Shown here: positions 17,139 through 26,305 of the stretch, piece by piece
How the letters are laid out: every line of letters begins with the position of its first letter
Numbering within the stretch: position 1 is the first letter of the stretch
Source of the DNA: Candidatus Giovannonibacteria bacterium
GTDB lineage: Bacteria; Patescibacteriota; Minisyncoccia; UBA11713; 2-01-FULL-45-33
Assembly: GCA_016432405.1 (NCBI GenBank)
Contig: CP066687.1
Coordinates: 1 to 40,455, forward strand
DNA length: 40,455 nucleotides
Direction: 5' to 3'
Program-made: the position numbers and the translations under genes
Notes under the pieces: model-generated
Told to the model about the DNA's origin: nothing
Database searches by the model: none
The model's input: only the letters and a program-made list of their open reading frames with translations

Positions 17139-18075
17139 GTTTATTCAAATAATCGGTGATATTTGAAACTTCACGCAATGCTTCCTTTTTTGTTCTAAAA
17201 GGAGCAGATCCAACGACAGCATGTCCTCCGCCGCCATATCGTTTTTCTAAAAATCGCCCTATGTGCGCTGGGTTTTTAGAACGGTTCCAAGGATTTGAGC
17301 CAACACTCAAAACAAAATTTTTTCCGTGTTTTACAAGCCGAATAGAGTAATTAGATTTTGGGTAGAAAAAATAAGGCATCCAGCGAGTGCCAACTAGCTC
17401 TTTACCCATAGAATTCAAAAACACCATGTTGCCGCGGAGGATAAGCATATTTTTTACTTTTCGCAACGATTCGTCAAATCTTTTTTTATATTTTAAAAAT
17501 CCGTTCCTAATCCAAGTTGTTTTTGCGGCTGAATACAACGGCATTTCGCTTAAAAGACGGATAAGATTTTTCTGACGCGAGACAGGCATTTTAGCAACGC
17601 TGTCCAAATAGAAACCAATTTGCATTGCCGGCGGGTTTAAATTAAGCGCTTCTTTTACCGACCCAAATTGAGCTCTGTCCGTGATATCAACCCAACTGGC
17701 GAGGTCGCGCAGATATTTCGGCACTTTGATTTTTAAAGTTTTTGTAAAATGCCTGTAAATTAGTCCGGCACACGACGGACTTTTGACATTGAGCTTATGC
17801 TTTAAATCCGGCTGAAAATTTTTTTCCCATTTTTTATCAATAAAAGTCGTTGGGTGATGGTCAAACCAAATTTTCGCCTTGGGATGGTAAAGTATATCAA
17901 CAATCGCGCTTGGATTTTTCATTTTTAATTTTCTCCACCATTTTTTGTCGACCGGATGCGTCAACGGAATAAATTTTCCGTAACCATCTCCCCGCAATCT
18001 TAGAAAATACAAAAGTATCGCAGCCGACGCCGCCCCGTCAAAACACCCCCCGTGAAAATAAATATCGTATTTCAT
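17131..18075 (-). CDS. DHH/DHHA1-family phosphoesterase (NrnA/nanoRNase-like)
   Basis: FDHHPT (DHH motif) and GGGGHAVVG (DHHA1 GGGH). I chose the ATG at 18075, which overlaps the upstream stop as ATGA. Confidence 0.65.
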   Translation of the reverse strand: MKYDIYFHGGCFDGAASAAILLYFLRLRGDGYGKFIPLTHPVDKKWWRKLKMKNPSAIVDILYHPKAKIWFDHHPTTFIDKKWEKNFQPDLKHKLNVKSPSCAGLIYRHFTKTLKIKVPKYLRDLASWVDITDRAQFGSVKEALNLNPPAMQIGFYLDSVAKMPVSRQKNLIRLLSEMPLYSAAKTTWIRNGFLKYKKRFDESLRKVKNMLILRGNMVFLNSMGKELVGTRWMPYFFYPKSNYSIRLVKHGKNFVLSVGSNPWNRSKNPAHIGRFLEKRYGGGGHAVVGSAPFRTKKEALREVSNITDYLNKHA

Positions 18076-18887
18076 CTCAAATACCCAACCTGCCGGAGCC
18101 AGTAATCGTTTTCCCATTCCCAGAGAGTTTTGGCGGCCAAAAATGCTTTTATGTCTTTAAAATAATACGGAAACTCGCGTATTTCAACAATGCCTTCAGC
18201 TGGACCCCAATAATGGTCCTCGTGCGAAGAGCCGCAGTGGCCGTTGCTATTACCATTGGAGTCATTGGCTCGCGCTGTCCGCACTTTGTTTCTTCCGCCT
18301 TTTTCGCGAAGCGACGCACCGCACCGCAGGCATTTTTTTTGCTGGTCTACCCGCAAAATCCACCGCGTTTCAATATCACGCGGCAAAGCAAGCGCGCGCT
18401 TCAAATCGTTTTCCTGAAGCGCTAGAACATAAGCCGCCGTCTGAAGGTTGTATTCCGGATAAAATCCGGTTGAGGTTTTAATATCCAAAACTCCGAATTT
18501 CCCGCCTATTGTAGCGAGCGCGTCAACCGTTCCCGCGTAGCGGTGCAAACCCGACCAGATTTGGCGCTCAACATATTCCGGATGGAAAAAAATCTGCCGT
18601 TCACCCTGAAATTTCTTGAAGGCGGACGCGGCCGGCTCCACTTCTTTAGGAATCTCAACGGGCTCGCCCACCGCCAATTTCTGAATCGTCTCATGCACCA
18701 GCGTCCCCTCTTCGGCAGATTTATTTTTCACCTCCTCTGCCGCCGCGTAGCTTTCCATTTCTTTGAAAAAAATATCCAGCGCCGGCTTCGCTTTTATTGA
18801 AAGTATGCGCGTCACTCGCGGATACCACGCGCCGTCTACTTCATGCCCGCAACTTGCTTTAAAATGTTCCGCGTCCCGGTACCACAT
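18072..18887 (-). CDS. PD-(D/E)XK nuclease, Cas4/RecB-like, with four Cys
   Basis: GTVDAL...VLDIKTS...QTAAY (D, D/ExK and QxxxY motifs). Cys13 plus CxxC...C suggests a Cas4/AddB-type Fe-S site. Start is set at ATG 18887 because the longer ORF overlaps pgk. Confidence 0.6.
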   Translation of the reverse strand: MWYRDAEHFKASCGHEVDGAWYPRVTRILSIKAKPALDIFFKEMESYAAAEEVKNKSAEEGTLVHETIQKLAVGEPVEIPKEVEPAASAFKKFQGERQIFFHPEYVERQIWSGLHRYAGTVDALATIGGKFGVLDIKTSTGFYPEYNLQTAAYVLALQENDLKRALALPRDIETRWILRVDQQKKCLRCGASLREKGGRNKVRTARANDSNGNSNGHCGSSHEDHYWGPAEGIVEIREFPYYFKDIKAFLAAKTLWEWENDYWLRQVGYLR

Positions 18888-18903
18888 ATTAAGGTAGTAT
18901 AGC

Positions 18904-19833
18904 TTATTTTTTGAGCGCTTCAATGCCCGGCAAGGTGCCTTTCGCCAAAAACTCCAGCATCGCCCCGCCGCCGGTTGAAATGAAGATGTTTTTTGGCAAG
19001 TTGCGAGGCAGACAATCCGCGGTATCGCCCCCTCCAATAATAATTTTAGCTTTGGATTTTTTTAGAGCGGCGACGAGTCTTTTGGTTCCGGCCGTAAACC
19101 CCTTTTCAAGAAAACCCATTGGGCCGTTCCAGACAACGAGTTTAGATTTATTAATAAGCGGCGTCCAGCTCTCAATGGTTTTCGGCCCAACATCGTAAAT
19201 CCGACCTCCGCTTTCCACCACGTCGATAGGCAGAAAAATTTTCTCTGAAGAGATCATTTTTCGCTTTAAAAATTTATTTCCGATAATTCCGCCCAAGAGC
19301 ACACAGTCTGTTTTAGCTAAAAGCGCTCGCAACAAAGGAAGTTTGGTTTCGATTTTTCCTCCGCCCAAAATAAGAGTGAGTGGGTGGGGCGGATTAAAAA
19401 CTCGGGAAAGATTTTTTATCTCCTCCTTAAATAACAATCCGGAAAAGGAGGGCAGAAGCTTAGGCAAAAGCACAATGGAAGCGTGTTTGCGATGCGAATC
19501 AGAGAAGGCCTCGTTTACATAGACATCTCCGAGGCTGGCCAGATATTTTGCAAATTTTAAATCATTCTTTTTCTCCCCTGGAAATTTTCTTAAATTTTCA
19601 AAAAGCTTTATCTCGCCCATAGGCAAAAATTTTTTGAGATAAGGAAAAAGTTTTTTTGTGCTCGGGGTCTTGCCGTCATTCGTCTCCAAATGAGTAAGTA
19701 AAATTATTTTCGCTTTTTTCTTTAAAAGGTATTTTATTGTCGGGAGGGTTTTTAAAATTCGCGGCTCCCGCGGTTTCAACGGCAGCACGTTAAAATCAAC
19801 TCTTAAAAGAACTTTTTTGCCGCGAAAATTCAT
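18904..19833 (-). CDS. pgk: Phosphoglycerate kinase (compact, 309 aa)
   Basis: RVDFNV, ENLRKFPGE, EAFSDSHRKHAS, GGGKIETKL, WNGPMGF, GGGDTA and STGGGAMLE motifs are all present. Confidence 0.85.
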   Translation of the reverse strand: MNFRGKKVLLRVDFNVLPLKPREPRILKTLPTIKYLLKKKAKIILLTHLETNDGKTPSTKKLFPYLKKFLPMGEIKLFENLRKFPGEKKNDLKFAKYLASLGDVYVNEAFSDSHRKHASIVLLPKLLPSFSGLLFKEEIKNLSRVFNPPHPLTLILGGGKIETKLPLLRALLAKTDCVLLGGIIGNKFLKRKMISSEKIFLPIDVVESGGRIYDVGPKTIESWTPLINKSKLVVWNGPMGFLEKGFTAGTKRLVAALKKSKAKIIIGGGDTADCLPRNLPKNIFISTGGGAMLEFLAKGTLPGIEALKK

Positions 19834-20603
19834 TTTATTTTATCAACTGCTTTTACTAAACTAACAAATTTTTTGGCGTTCAAACTGGCCCCGCCGACCA
19901 AAAGCCCATCAACCGCGCCCTTGGCGACAAAATCCGCCGCGTTTTTTTCATCAACCGAACCGCCGTAGAGCACCGGTATTTTTGAAGCCGCGCGCTTTCC
20001 AAGCGCGCGGTAAAGCTCGCGCCGTATCAAAATCGCCATTTCATAAACGTTTTTCGGAGTATCGGCTTTCCCGCGTCCGCCGCCGCTTATCGCCCATACC
20101 GGTTCGTAGGCAATTATTAAATTTGCAAGCAAAGATTTTTTAATTTTGCGGATTCCGCCCAAAAGCTCCTCGCGGACGATTTTCGGGAAAACTTCGCCGG
20201 GTTTTCGCTCTTTTTCTCCAACGCATAAAACGGCTCGCATGCCGGATTCCAAAACGGCCTTTGTTTTTTTATTTACCGCCTCATCCGTTTCCCCCATAGC
20301 CCGCCGTTCCGAGTGCCCGATGACAACAATCCTTGCGCCGGACGCTTTAAGTTGTAAGGGAGAAATCTCGCCCGTAAACGCTCCTTCTCTTTCGTAAAAC
20401 ACGTCTTGAGCGCCGAGTTTGAATATATTGCGTACGGCGTACGGCGTATGGCGCAAGATTGGCAAAAACACAAACGGAGGAACCAAAACAATTTCTACTC
20501 CCCGGACGCTTTTAACTCCGCGCCCGACTTCGTTAGCAAGGTGCAACGCCTCGCGGGGAGTTTGCGGCGCCATCTTCCAGTTTGCGATAATTATTTTTTT
20601 CAT
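19830..20603 (-). CDS. tpiA: Triosephosphate isomerase
   Basis: IIANWKM, VIGHSERR and AYEPVWAI motifs. Confidence 0.9.
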   Translation of the reverse strand: MKKIIIANWKMAPQTPREALHLANEVGRGVKSVRGVEIVLVPPFVFLPILRHTPYAVRNIFKLGAQDVFYEREGAFTGEISPLQLKASGARIVVIGHSERRAMGETDEAVNKKTKAVLESGMRAVLCVGEKERKPGEVFPKIVREELLGGIRKIKKSLLANLIIAYEPVWAISGGGRGKADTPKNVYEMAILIRRELYRALGKRAASKIPVLYGGSVDEKNAADFVAKGAVDGLLVGGASLNAKKFVSLVKAVDKIK

Positions 20604-21595
20604 TTTCTTAAAAGTTTGGCTGTCTCTTCAGGCGAGACCTTGACCACGTCTATCCCCGCGCCGAGCTCAAGCCCGCCCCAAATAGCGACTCTTGGCAAAA
20701 TCTCCATATGCCAGTGGTAGTGCTCGGCATGCCGTTCTTTCGGCGGAGCGGTGTGGATGAAAAAATTATAATCAGGGTTTTTAATTTTTTTAAAAATCTT
20801 CTGAAAAATGAATTTCATCGCTTCCGACAAGTCCCGCCTCTGCGCTTCATCTATAACTTCAAAGCGAGACTCGTGGAATTTTGGAAAAATTCTCGCTTCG
20901 TAGATAACGCGGGAGGCATAGGGCGCCAGAACAATAAAACGTTTGTTTTGGTAAATGATGCGCTCCTTTTCTTTAAGCTCGCCCTTTAAAATGTCGCAGT
21001 GGACGCAGCGCCTGTGAGCGCGGAAGTATTTGCGCGAGCCCTCCAAGCTTCTTTTCACGTCCGGAGGGATTATCGGAATGGCAAAAATCTGGGAATGCGG
21101 ATGAGGAACCGTTGCGCCGGCTCTGAAGCCATGGTTATGGATTATAAGAACGTAATCCACGCAGGGCTCGCTGGCCAGCGCCTGAAACCTGGACTGGTAC
21201 GCTTCCAAAACCAAGTTTATCTCCTCCTGGCTCATAAGCGCGAAGTGTCTTTCGTGTGACCTCGTCACAATGACCTCTTGAAACCCGACGCCGATTTTTT
21301 TTTCGTGCATGCCGCGCCTTTCCAGCGGCGGGCAAATACCGGAACGCGCGACAACGGGATATTTATTCGGAAAAATCTGCACCCACCAATCCCTGAAATC
21401 TTTGCCTCCGGGCTTGGGCGCCCAAAACAAAACTTTTTCTTGCCTTGATTTTTTTGCGTCGTCAAAAGGGCATTTTGATTTGGGCAGCGGCCTTTCCTCC
21501 GGGCGCTTAAAAAAAACGGGTTTTTTCTGAATTCCGGTGGATATCAAAATCCATTCACCTGAAACCGCGTCTTTGCGAAATTCAATTTTGCTCAT
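20600..21595 (-). CDS. Galactose-1-phosphate uridylyltransferase-like (GalT/HIT superfamily nucleotidyltransferase)
   Basis: PHPHSQIFA (HxHxQ) active-site motif, an N-terminal KCPFD segment and a two-domain GalT-like length. Confidence 0.75.
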   Translation of the reverse strand: MSKIEFRKDAVSGEWILISTGIQKKPVFFKRPEERPLPKSKCPFDDAKKSRQEKVLFWAPKPGGKDFRDWWVQIFPNKYPVVARSGICPPLERRGMHEKKIGVGFQEVIVTRSHERHFALMSQEEINLVLEAYQSRFQALASEPCVDYVLIIHNHGFRAGATVPHPHSQIFAIPIIPPDVKRSLEGSRKYFRAHRRCVHCDILKGELKEKERIIYQNKRFIVLAPYASRVIYEARIFPKFHESRFEVIDEAQRRDLSEAMKFIFQKIFKKIKNPDYNFFIHTAPPKERHAEHYHWHMEILPRVAIWGGLELGAGIDVVKVSPEETAKLLRK

Positions 21596-22335
21596 AGGAA
21601 GTACTTGCTTTTTCTTATGTTTCTGCTGATTTTAAAAACCTCCCAGAGCGTATGCAAGTAGCTGGAAAGGCGGACGGCCGTGCGCGGGTCATTTACCCAA
21701 TTCGCGGGCACTATTCCTATTTTATAATTTAATTTTCTTGCAAGAGCCAGCGCCTCAACGTCAAAAGCCCAGCGGTTGACTTTGGCCAAAGAAAAAATCC
21801 GCTCGGCCGCGTAATCTCTAAACGCCTTAAAGCCGCACTGGGTATCCCAGATGCCCCGGACAGCCAAAAGTTGGATGTAAAGATTGCCTAAATTACCCAA
21901 GAGTTCTTTCCACAAGGGCTGGCGCACAACCAGTTTTGCTCCCTTGGCGTCCTTGGGGTCTCTAGAGCAAATCACAATATCGTATCCTCCGTCAAAAAGC
22001 GGGCGCATTTTGTCAAAATGGGAAATGTCCGTGGCGTTGTCCGCGTCGGCGAAAAGGCGAATTCGGCCGTTGGCGGCCAGCATCCCCTCGCGCACCGTAT
22101 GCCCCTTGCCCATATTTTTTCCGCGGTCAATGAGCCGCAGGTTTTTAATCTCACCGGCCATCTTGTTTACAACCGCCGCCGTGCCGTCGCGCGAGCCGTC
22201 GTTTACAACCAAAATTTCGTAACTGTACGGCTGCGCGGCGAAATATTCATCAAACCTGCGCAATGTCTTCGGCAGACGTTCCGCCTCGTTATACGCAGGA
22301 ATTATTACAGACAAGTAGATATCCGGTTTCGGCAT
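21592..22335 (-). CDS. Family 2 glycosyltransferase (dolichyl-phosphate glucosyltransferase-like)
   Basis: SVIIPAYNE, VVNDGSRDGT and a DADN (DxD) motif. Confidence 0.85.
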   Translation of the reverse strand: MPKPDIYLSVIIPAYNEAERLPKTLRRFDEYFAAQPYSYEILVVNDGSRDGTAAVVNKMAGEIKNLRLIDRGKNMGKGHTVREGMLAANGRIRLFADADNATDISHFDKMRPLFDGGYDIVICSRDPKDAKGAKLVVRQPLWKELLGNLGNLYIQLLAVRGIWDTQCGFKAFRDYAAERIFSLAKVNRWAFDVEALALARKLNYKIGIVPANWVNDPRTAVRLSSYLHTLWEVFKISRNIRKSKYFL

Positions 22336-22349
22336 AAGATTATTTTAAC

Positions 22350-22383
22350 ATAAAAAGAGAAAAGGGTCGGCTTTGCCGACCCC
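22350..22383 (-). terminator. Intrinsic terminator of the 22420-23151 cassette
   Basis: Minus sense reads GGGTCGGC-aaa-GCCGACCC followed by TTTTCTCTTTTT. Confidence 0.75.
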
Positions 22384-22419
22384 TTCGTTTCGAAAGGATA
22401 AAAGACAGAAGATACAAGA

Positions 22420-23151
22420 TTAAGAAACTACCTCGCGGGGACGCAGAGAGTCGTGGGCGTGGGAAGGAGGGCACCCGTGAACGCCGAGCCCGCCGCCGTC
22501 CCAGCGGACACTCGGAATGCCGCCAACGTAATCGCGAGAGCCGGCGCAGTAAGTGGTGTTTTCGACATCGAGATGCTGGCCGGTTCCCAGATGATAAACG
22601 AGGCCGTGTAGAAGCCGCTCGGGAAGCGTCTCGGTAGCGAGTTTCATCTCGCGGACTTTATCAGCGGAGATGTTTTTCAACCTCTTGCTCGGCTCCTGGG
22701 TATCCTCAACCCATATAGCATAAGCGCCTTTTCGGGGGTCGCGTTCGTGTTCGGCCACTGCCTCGTCGAGATTCCCTCCGTATATTTTCCAACACGGGAA
22801 GTATTCACTGCTTTTGTCGAACAGGGGCTGGGATATCGCCGGCTCCGCGAGGACCAGCAGACAGTCAAATCCCTTCCGGCTCTCTGGTACAAACAGCCCG
22901 GAAACATCGAGGTTGTACTTAAAGAAGCCTCGGTAGAAAAACTCCCACCAGCGGAACCACCACTCCACCGAGACTTTCCTGTCTGCTTCGCTGAAAAGCC
23001 CGACAATCTTGCGAGCAAAGCCGGACTTTGCGTTCTGAACGAGGTCGGCCATTTGAGGAGAAAAACCAAACCTCCCCAAAGTAACCAGCATCTCATGCGG
23101 CTGACCACCAGAAAAATCCGATGGTCGATATATTCGGCTCGCGATTTTCAT
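22420..23151 (-). CDS. Hypothetical protein (cassette 2), no recognised domain
   Basis: The ATG at 23151 (MKIASRIY...) is preceded by AAAGGAGG. It has its own consensus promoter and terminator and looks GC-rich, with long shadow ORFs in other frames. Confidence 0.7.
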   Translation of the reverse strand: MKIASRIYRPSDFSGGQPHEMLVTLGRFGFSPQMADLVQNAKSGFARKIVGLFSEADRKVSVEWWFRWWEFFYRGFFKYNLDVSGLFVPESRKGFDCLLVLAEPAISQPLFDKSSEYFPCWKIYGGNLDEAVAEHERDPRKGAYAIWVEDTQEPSKRLKNISADKVREMKLATETLPERLLHGLVYHLGTGQHLDVENTTYCAGSRDYVGGIPSVRWDGGGLGVHGCPPSHAHDSLRPREVVS

Positions 23152-23233
23152 CGCACGCCTCCTTTCTTTTTTGTTAAATAACACGCCTTGCCTAGATCAA
23201 AGGCACTAGGTTCGCCCTATTTCAAACTATTCT
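23152..23233 (-). promoter_or_regulatory. Conserved 5' leader (copy 2) with hairpin CCUAG-UGCCUUUGAU-CUAGG
   Basis: It has the same ordered blocks as 9446-9540. The hairpin at 23191-23210 has a different stem sequence but a similar loop (GCCYUUGA). Confidence 0.55.
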
Positions 23234-23239
23234 AGCCCC

Positions 23240-23268
23240 ATTATAGCAAATTAAGATATTGCTGTCAA
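23240..23268 (-). promoter_or_regulatory. Consensus sigma70-type promoter of cassette 2
   Basis: Minus sense reads TTGACA (23268-23263, inside the last codons of map), a 17-nt spacer, then TATAAT (23245-23240). Confidence 0.7.
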
Positions 23269-24027
23269 TATCTCCGCGCCATCTTTTGTTACCACAACCG
23301 TATGTTCAAAATGCGCCGCTCTTGAGCCGTCGCGGGTAAGCCACGTCCAGCCGTCGGCGGCGAGTTTAACTTTTGGGCTGCCGTCTGTTGCCATTGGTTC
23401 TAACGCAATCACCATTCCCTCTATTAACTCTGGCCCAGCGCCTCGTTTACCAAAATTCGGAATTTCTGGGTCTTCGTGCACAGCATGGCCTACGCCATGC
23501 CCAACAAGTTCGCGCACCACACTGAAACCCTGCCCGTCCGGCAAGCTGGCTTCTTTTTCTAAATACTTTTGAATCGCGTATCCGATATCGCCAACATGCG
23601 CCCCCACGCGGACCTCCGCGATGCCAATCTCCAAAGATTTTTTTGTTGCTTCAATTAATTTATTTGTCCCGCCGCCGACCAAAACCGTCAGCGCGGTATC
23701 TGTACATAGCCCTTCGTACCACATCCCTATATCCAATCCCACAATATCGCCGGCTTTCAAAACCCTGTCCGTCGGCAAGCCGTGCACCACTTCGTCGTTA
23801 ATAGAAACGCAAAGCGAGCCCGGATAAGGCATGAGCGTGTCTTTTACTTTATACCCCTTAAATGACGGCTTGCCTCCGGCTTTTAAGATTAATTTCTCCG
23901 CAAGCGCGTCCAATTCTCTGGCAGAGACTCCGACAATTGCGCGGCGCGCGACTTCAGCCAAAACGGCGGCAAGTTTCTTGCCGCCTTCACGCAAAATTTC
24001 CAGCTCTTTTTGGTTTTTTATAATCAT
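23251..24027 (-). CDS. map: Methionine aminopeptidase type I
   Basis: Metal-ligand pattern VVHG, DIG, GHGVG, EP and EHT. It sits in the conserved position after adk. Confidence 0.92.
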   Translation of the reverse strand: MIIKNQKELEILREGGKKLAAVLAEVARRAIVGVSARELDALAEKLILKAGGKPSFKGYKVKDTLMPYPGSLCVSINDEVVHGLPTDRVLKAGDIVGLDIGMWYEGLCTDTALTVLVGGGTNKLIEATKKSLEIGIAEVRVGAHVGDIGYAIQKYLEKEASLPDGQGFSVVRELVGHGVGHAVHEDPEIPNFGKRGAGPELIEGMVIALEPMATDGSPKVKLAADGWTWLTRDGSRAAHFEHTVVVTKDGAEILTAIS

Positions 24028-24626
24028 AAACCGACGGCTTTTACGATGTCTTCGTGAACTTTTTCTATACTCTGCTCGCCGTTGATTTCTACAAACTTGT
24101 GTTTTTTATCTTTTTTATAAAATTCAATGGCCGGAACAACGTCTCTTTCGTAATATGCCAAACGATGCCTAATGCTCTCCGGGCTGTCATCAGATCGCCC
24201 ACGTTCCTCCATGCGCGCATTTGCCCACTCCTCGCTCACATTCAGCCAAATATGAAAAAGGTTGTTGCGTTCAAGAAAATCAAACATTTCATCCAACGCT
24301 TCCGCTTCCAGCGCCGCGCGCGGAGAGCCGTCTACAATAATGTGATTGTTTTCCGTAACCCCGTGAATAAATTCAGTTGTGCATGCCCAAATGGCCAAAG
24401 AATTTGGGGTTAATTCGCCGGACTTCAAACTTTTTTTATCCAATAACCTTGCCGTAAAAAACTCCGAGTGGCCGGCGAGTTCCCTCAAGCGAGCGCCAGT
24501 ATAAACATACAGTATGTTTCCTGCTCCATCCCTCTTTTCCAATAATGTTTTCAAAAGTTCCGCTTGCGTGCCTTTGCCGCAGCCGGAGCGCCCGATGAAA
24601 ACGATGTTGTAGCGTTTATCATTCAT
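24024..24626 (-). CDS. adk: Adenylate kinase-like nucleoside monophosphate kinase
   Basis: P-loop FIGRSGCGKGTQ. Its position between secY and map is conserved. Confidence 0.8.
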   Translation of the reverse strand: MNDKRYNIVFIGRSGCGKGTQAELLKTLLEKRDGAGNILYVYTGARLRELAGHSEFFTARLLDKKSLKSGELTPNSLAIWACTTEFIHGVTENNHIIVDGSPRAALEAEALDEMFDFLERNNLFHIWLNVSEEWANARMEERGRSDDSPESIRHRLAYYERDVVPAIEFYKKDKKHKFVEINGEQSIEKVHEDIVKAVGL

Positions 24627-25884
24627 ACGCGCGGAGAGAAAGCTGGCCCTGAACCTGTTTAGCGGTTTCCAATACGACCGAAACCACGATGAGCAAGGCC
24701 GTGCCGCCGATGGTAAGAGTGGTAATGCCCGTCAAACCCTGCAAAATCAAGGGCAACACCGCCACAGCGCCCAAAAACAAGGCGCCAACGAAAGTTATGC
24801 GGGTTACTATTTTTCCCAAAAAACCGGCGGTGGACGCCCCGGGCCTGATTCCGGGCACGAACGCCCCGCTTTGCTGCAAATTCTTGGAAACGGACTCCGG
24901 GTCAAACGTGACCGCGGTGTAAAAATAAGTGAAAAGGAAAACCAAAATAAAATAAGCCGACGCGTAAGTCCAGGAACTCCCTAAAAAATTGATTATGAAG
25001 GAAGCAATCGCCCGCAAAACCGCGTTTCCGGAAGACGCGAAAAAATTCGCCACCATCTGCGGCAGAAGCAAAATGGAAAGCGCGAAAATTATTGGGATTA
25101 CCCCGGCTTGGTTCACTTTCAAGGGCAGATAGCTCGTTGTCCCGCCGTACATGCGCATGCCGCGGATGCGCTTGGCGTAATAAACCGGTATTGGCCTGTC
25201 GCCCTCCGATATGTAAACAACGGCCGCCACGGTTACGAGGCCGACTGCCGCAAAAGCGATGAGCGGCGGCAGCTGCGACGGGTCAAAAGCCGCGAATGTC
25301 TGGGCTAGGTCCGCAGGAAGGCGCGCCACAATGCCGGCGAAAATCAAAAGCGACACGCCGTTTCCGATGCCGTATTCTGAAATCAGCTCGCCTATCCACA
25401 TAAGCAAAATGGACCCTGCGGCGACGATGATAACATTGGCGAATTTGTCGTAGAAACTAATAAACTGCAAAATCCCCTGCCGTTCCAAAATGGTCAAAAG
25501 CCCGAATCCCTGCACCAAAGCCAGGGGCACGGTGAGCAAGCGCGAATACTGGTTAAATTTCTGCCTCCCGGCCTCCCCTTCTTCCTGCTGCAACTCTTTT
25601 AACTGCGGAAAAATCATCGTCAAAAGCTGCATTATAATGGAAGCGGTGATATAAGGGCCCACGCCCAGCATCATTATGGAAAGATTCCCCAAAGCGCCTC
25701 CGGAGAAAAGATTTAAAAGCCCGAAGAATTGATTTGAATCAAAAAACTGACGCAGACGCAAAGCGTCAACCCCCGGAATCGGCACCGCGGAAATCAAACG
25801 GAAAGCGGCCAGAAAGCCAAAAAGATACAAGAACTTGTTTCGGAGCTCCGCTTCCTGCAAAATCAGTTTGACTTTAGCCCACAT
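24619..25884 (-). CDS. secY: Preprotein translocase subunit SecY
   Basis: 421 aa with 10 TM, SecY-like segments (GVGPYITASIIMQLL) and conserved operon position. Confidence 0.95.
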   Translation of the reverse strand: MWAKVKLILQEAELRNKFLYLFGFLAAFRLISAVPIPGVDALRLRQFFDSNQFFGLLNLFSGGALGNLSIMMLGVGPYITASIIMQLLTMIFPQLKELQQEEGEAGRQKFNQYSRLLTVPLALVQGFGLLTILERQGILQFISFYDKFANVIIVAAGSILLMWIGELISEYGIGNGVSLLIFAGIVARLPADLAQTFAAFDPSQLPPLIAFAAVGLVTVAAVVYISEGDRPIPVYYAKRIRGMRMYGGTTSYLPLKVNQAGVIPIIFALSILLLPQMVANFFASSGNAVLRAIASFIINFLGSSWTYASAYFILVFLFTYFYTAVTFDPESVSKNLQQSGAFVPGIRPGASTAGFLGKIVTRITFVGALFLGAVAVLPLILQGLTGITTLTIGGTALLIVVSVVLETAKQVQGQLSLRAYE

Positions 25885-26305
25885 TGAATTTTTCTTTAAC
25901 CGGGCGAGACATTAAAATATCTTTGTCAAAAATAAACTTTTTAATCAGTTTGCCCGCCTTGACTCGGCGAGGCAAGCCGCTTCCCAGAATTTTTACCGGC
26001 CTTTTGGATCTAATCAAACCGCGCTCGACAAGCAGTTCTTTGGTTATTTTCTCGCCGTCTTTAAACTTCGTTTCCAAATCTCTCAAGTTTACAACCGCAA
26101 CTTTTTCGGCAAAGCCCCTTTTGAAGCGATAGCCGCGCCTTTTATGGATTTTCTTTATAATATCACGAATTTGCGGGCGGATTCTCCTCCCCGCGCGCGA
26201 TTTTTGCCCCTTAATGCCCCGGCCCGAAAATGACCCGCGCTTCCCCCCGCGCCCTATTCTCCTGTGTTTTTTATTGCCTGATTTTAGTAAATTATGCGCC
26301 TGCAT
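25874..26305 (-). CDS. rplO: 50S ribosomal protein L15
   Basis: RIGRGGKRGSFSGRGIKGQKSRAG is the L15 signature. Confidence 0.9.
   Translation of the reverse strand: MQAHNLLKSGNKKHRRIGRGGKRGSFSGRGIKGQKSRAGRRIRPQIRDIIKKIHKRRGYRFKRGFAEKVAVVNLRDLETKFKDGEKITKELLVERGLIRSKRPVKILGSGLPRRVKAGKLIKKFIFDKDILMSRPVKEKFNVG

Noticed and set aside
18888-19037. N-terminal 50-aa extension of the PD-(D/E)XK ORF
   Set aside because: The extension overlaps the 3' end of pgk by 134 nt. The internal ATG at 18887 gives a sensible start just downstream of the pgk stop.
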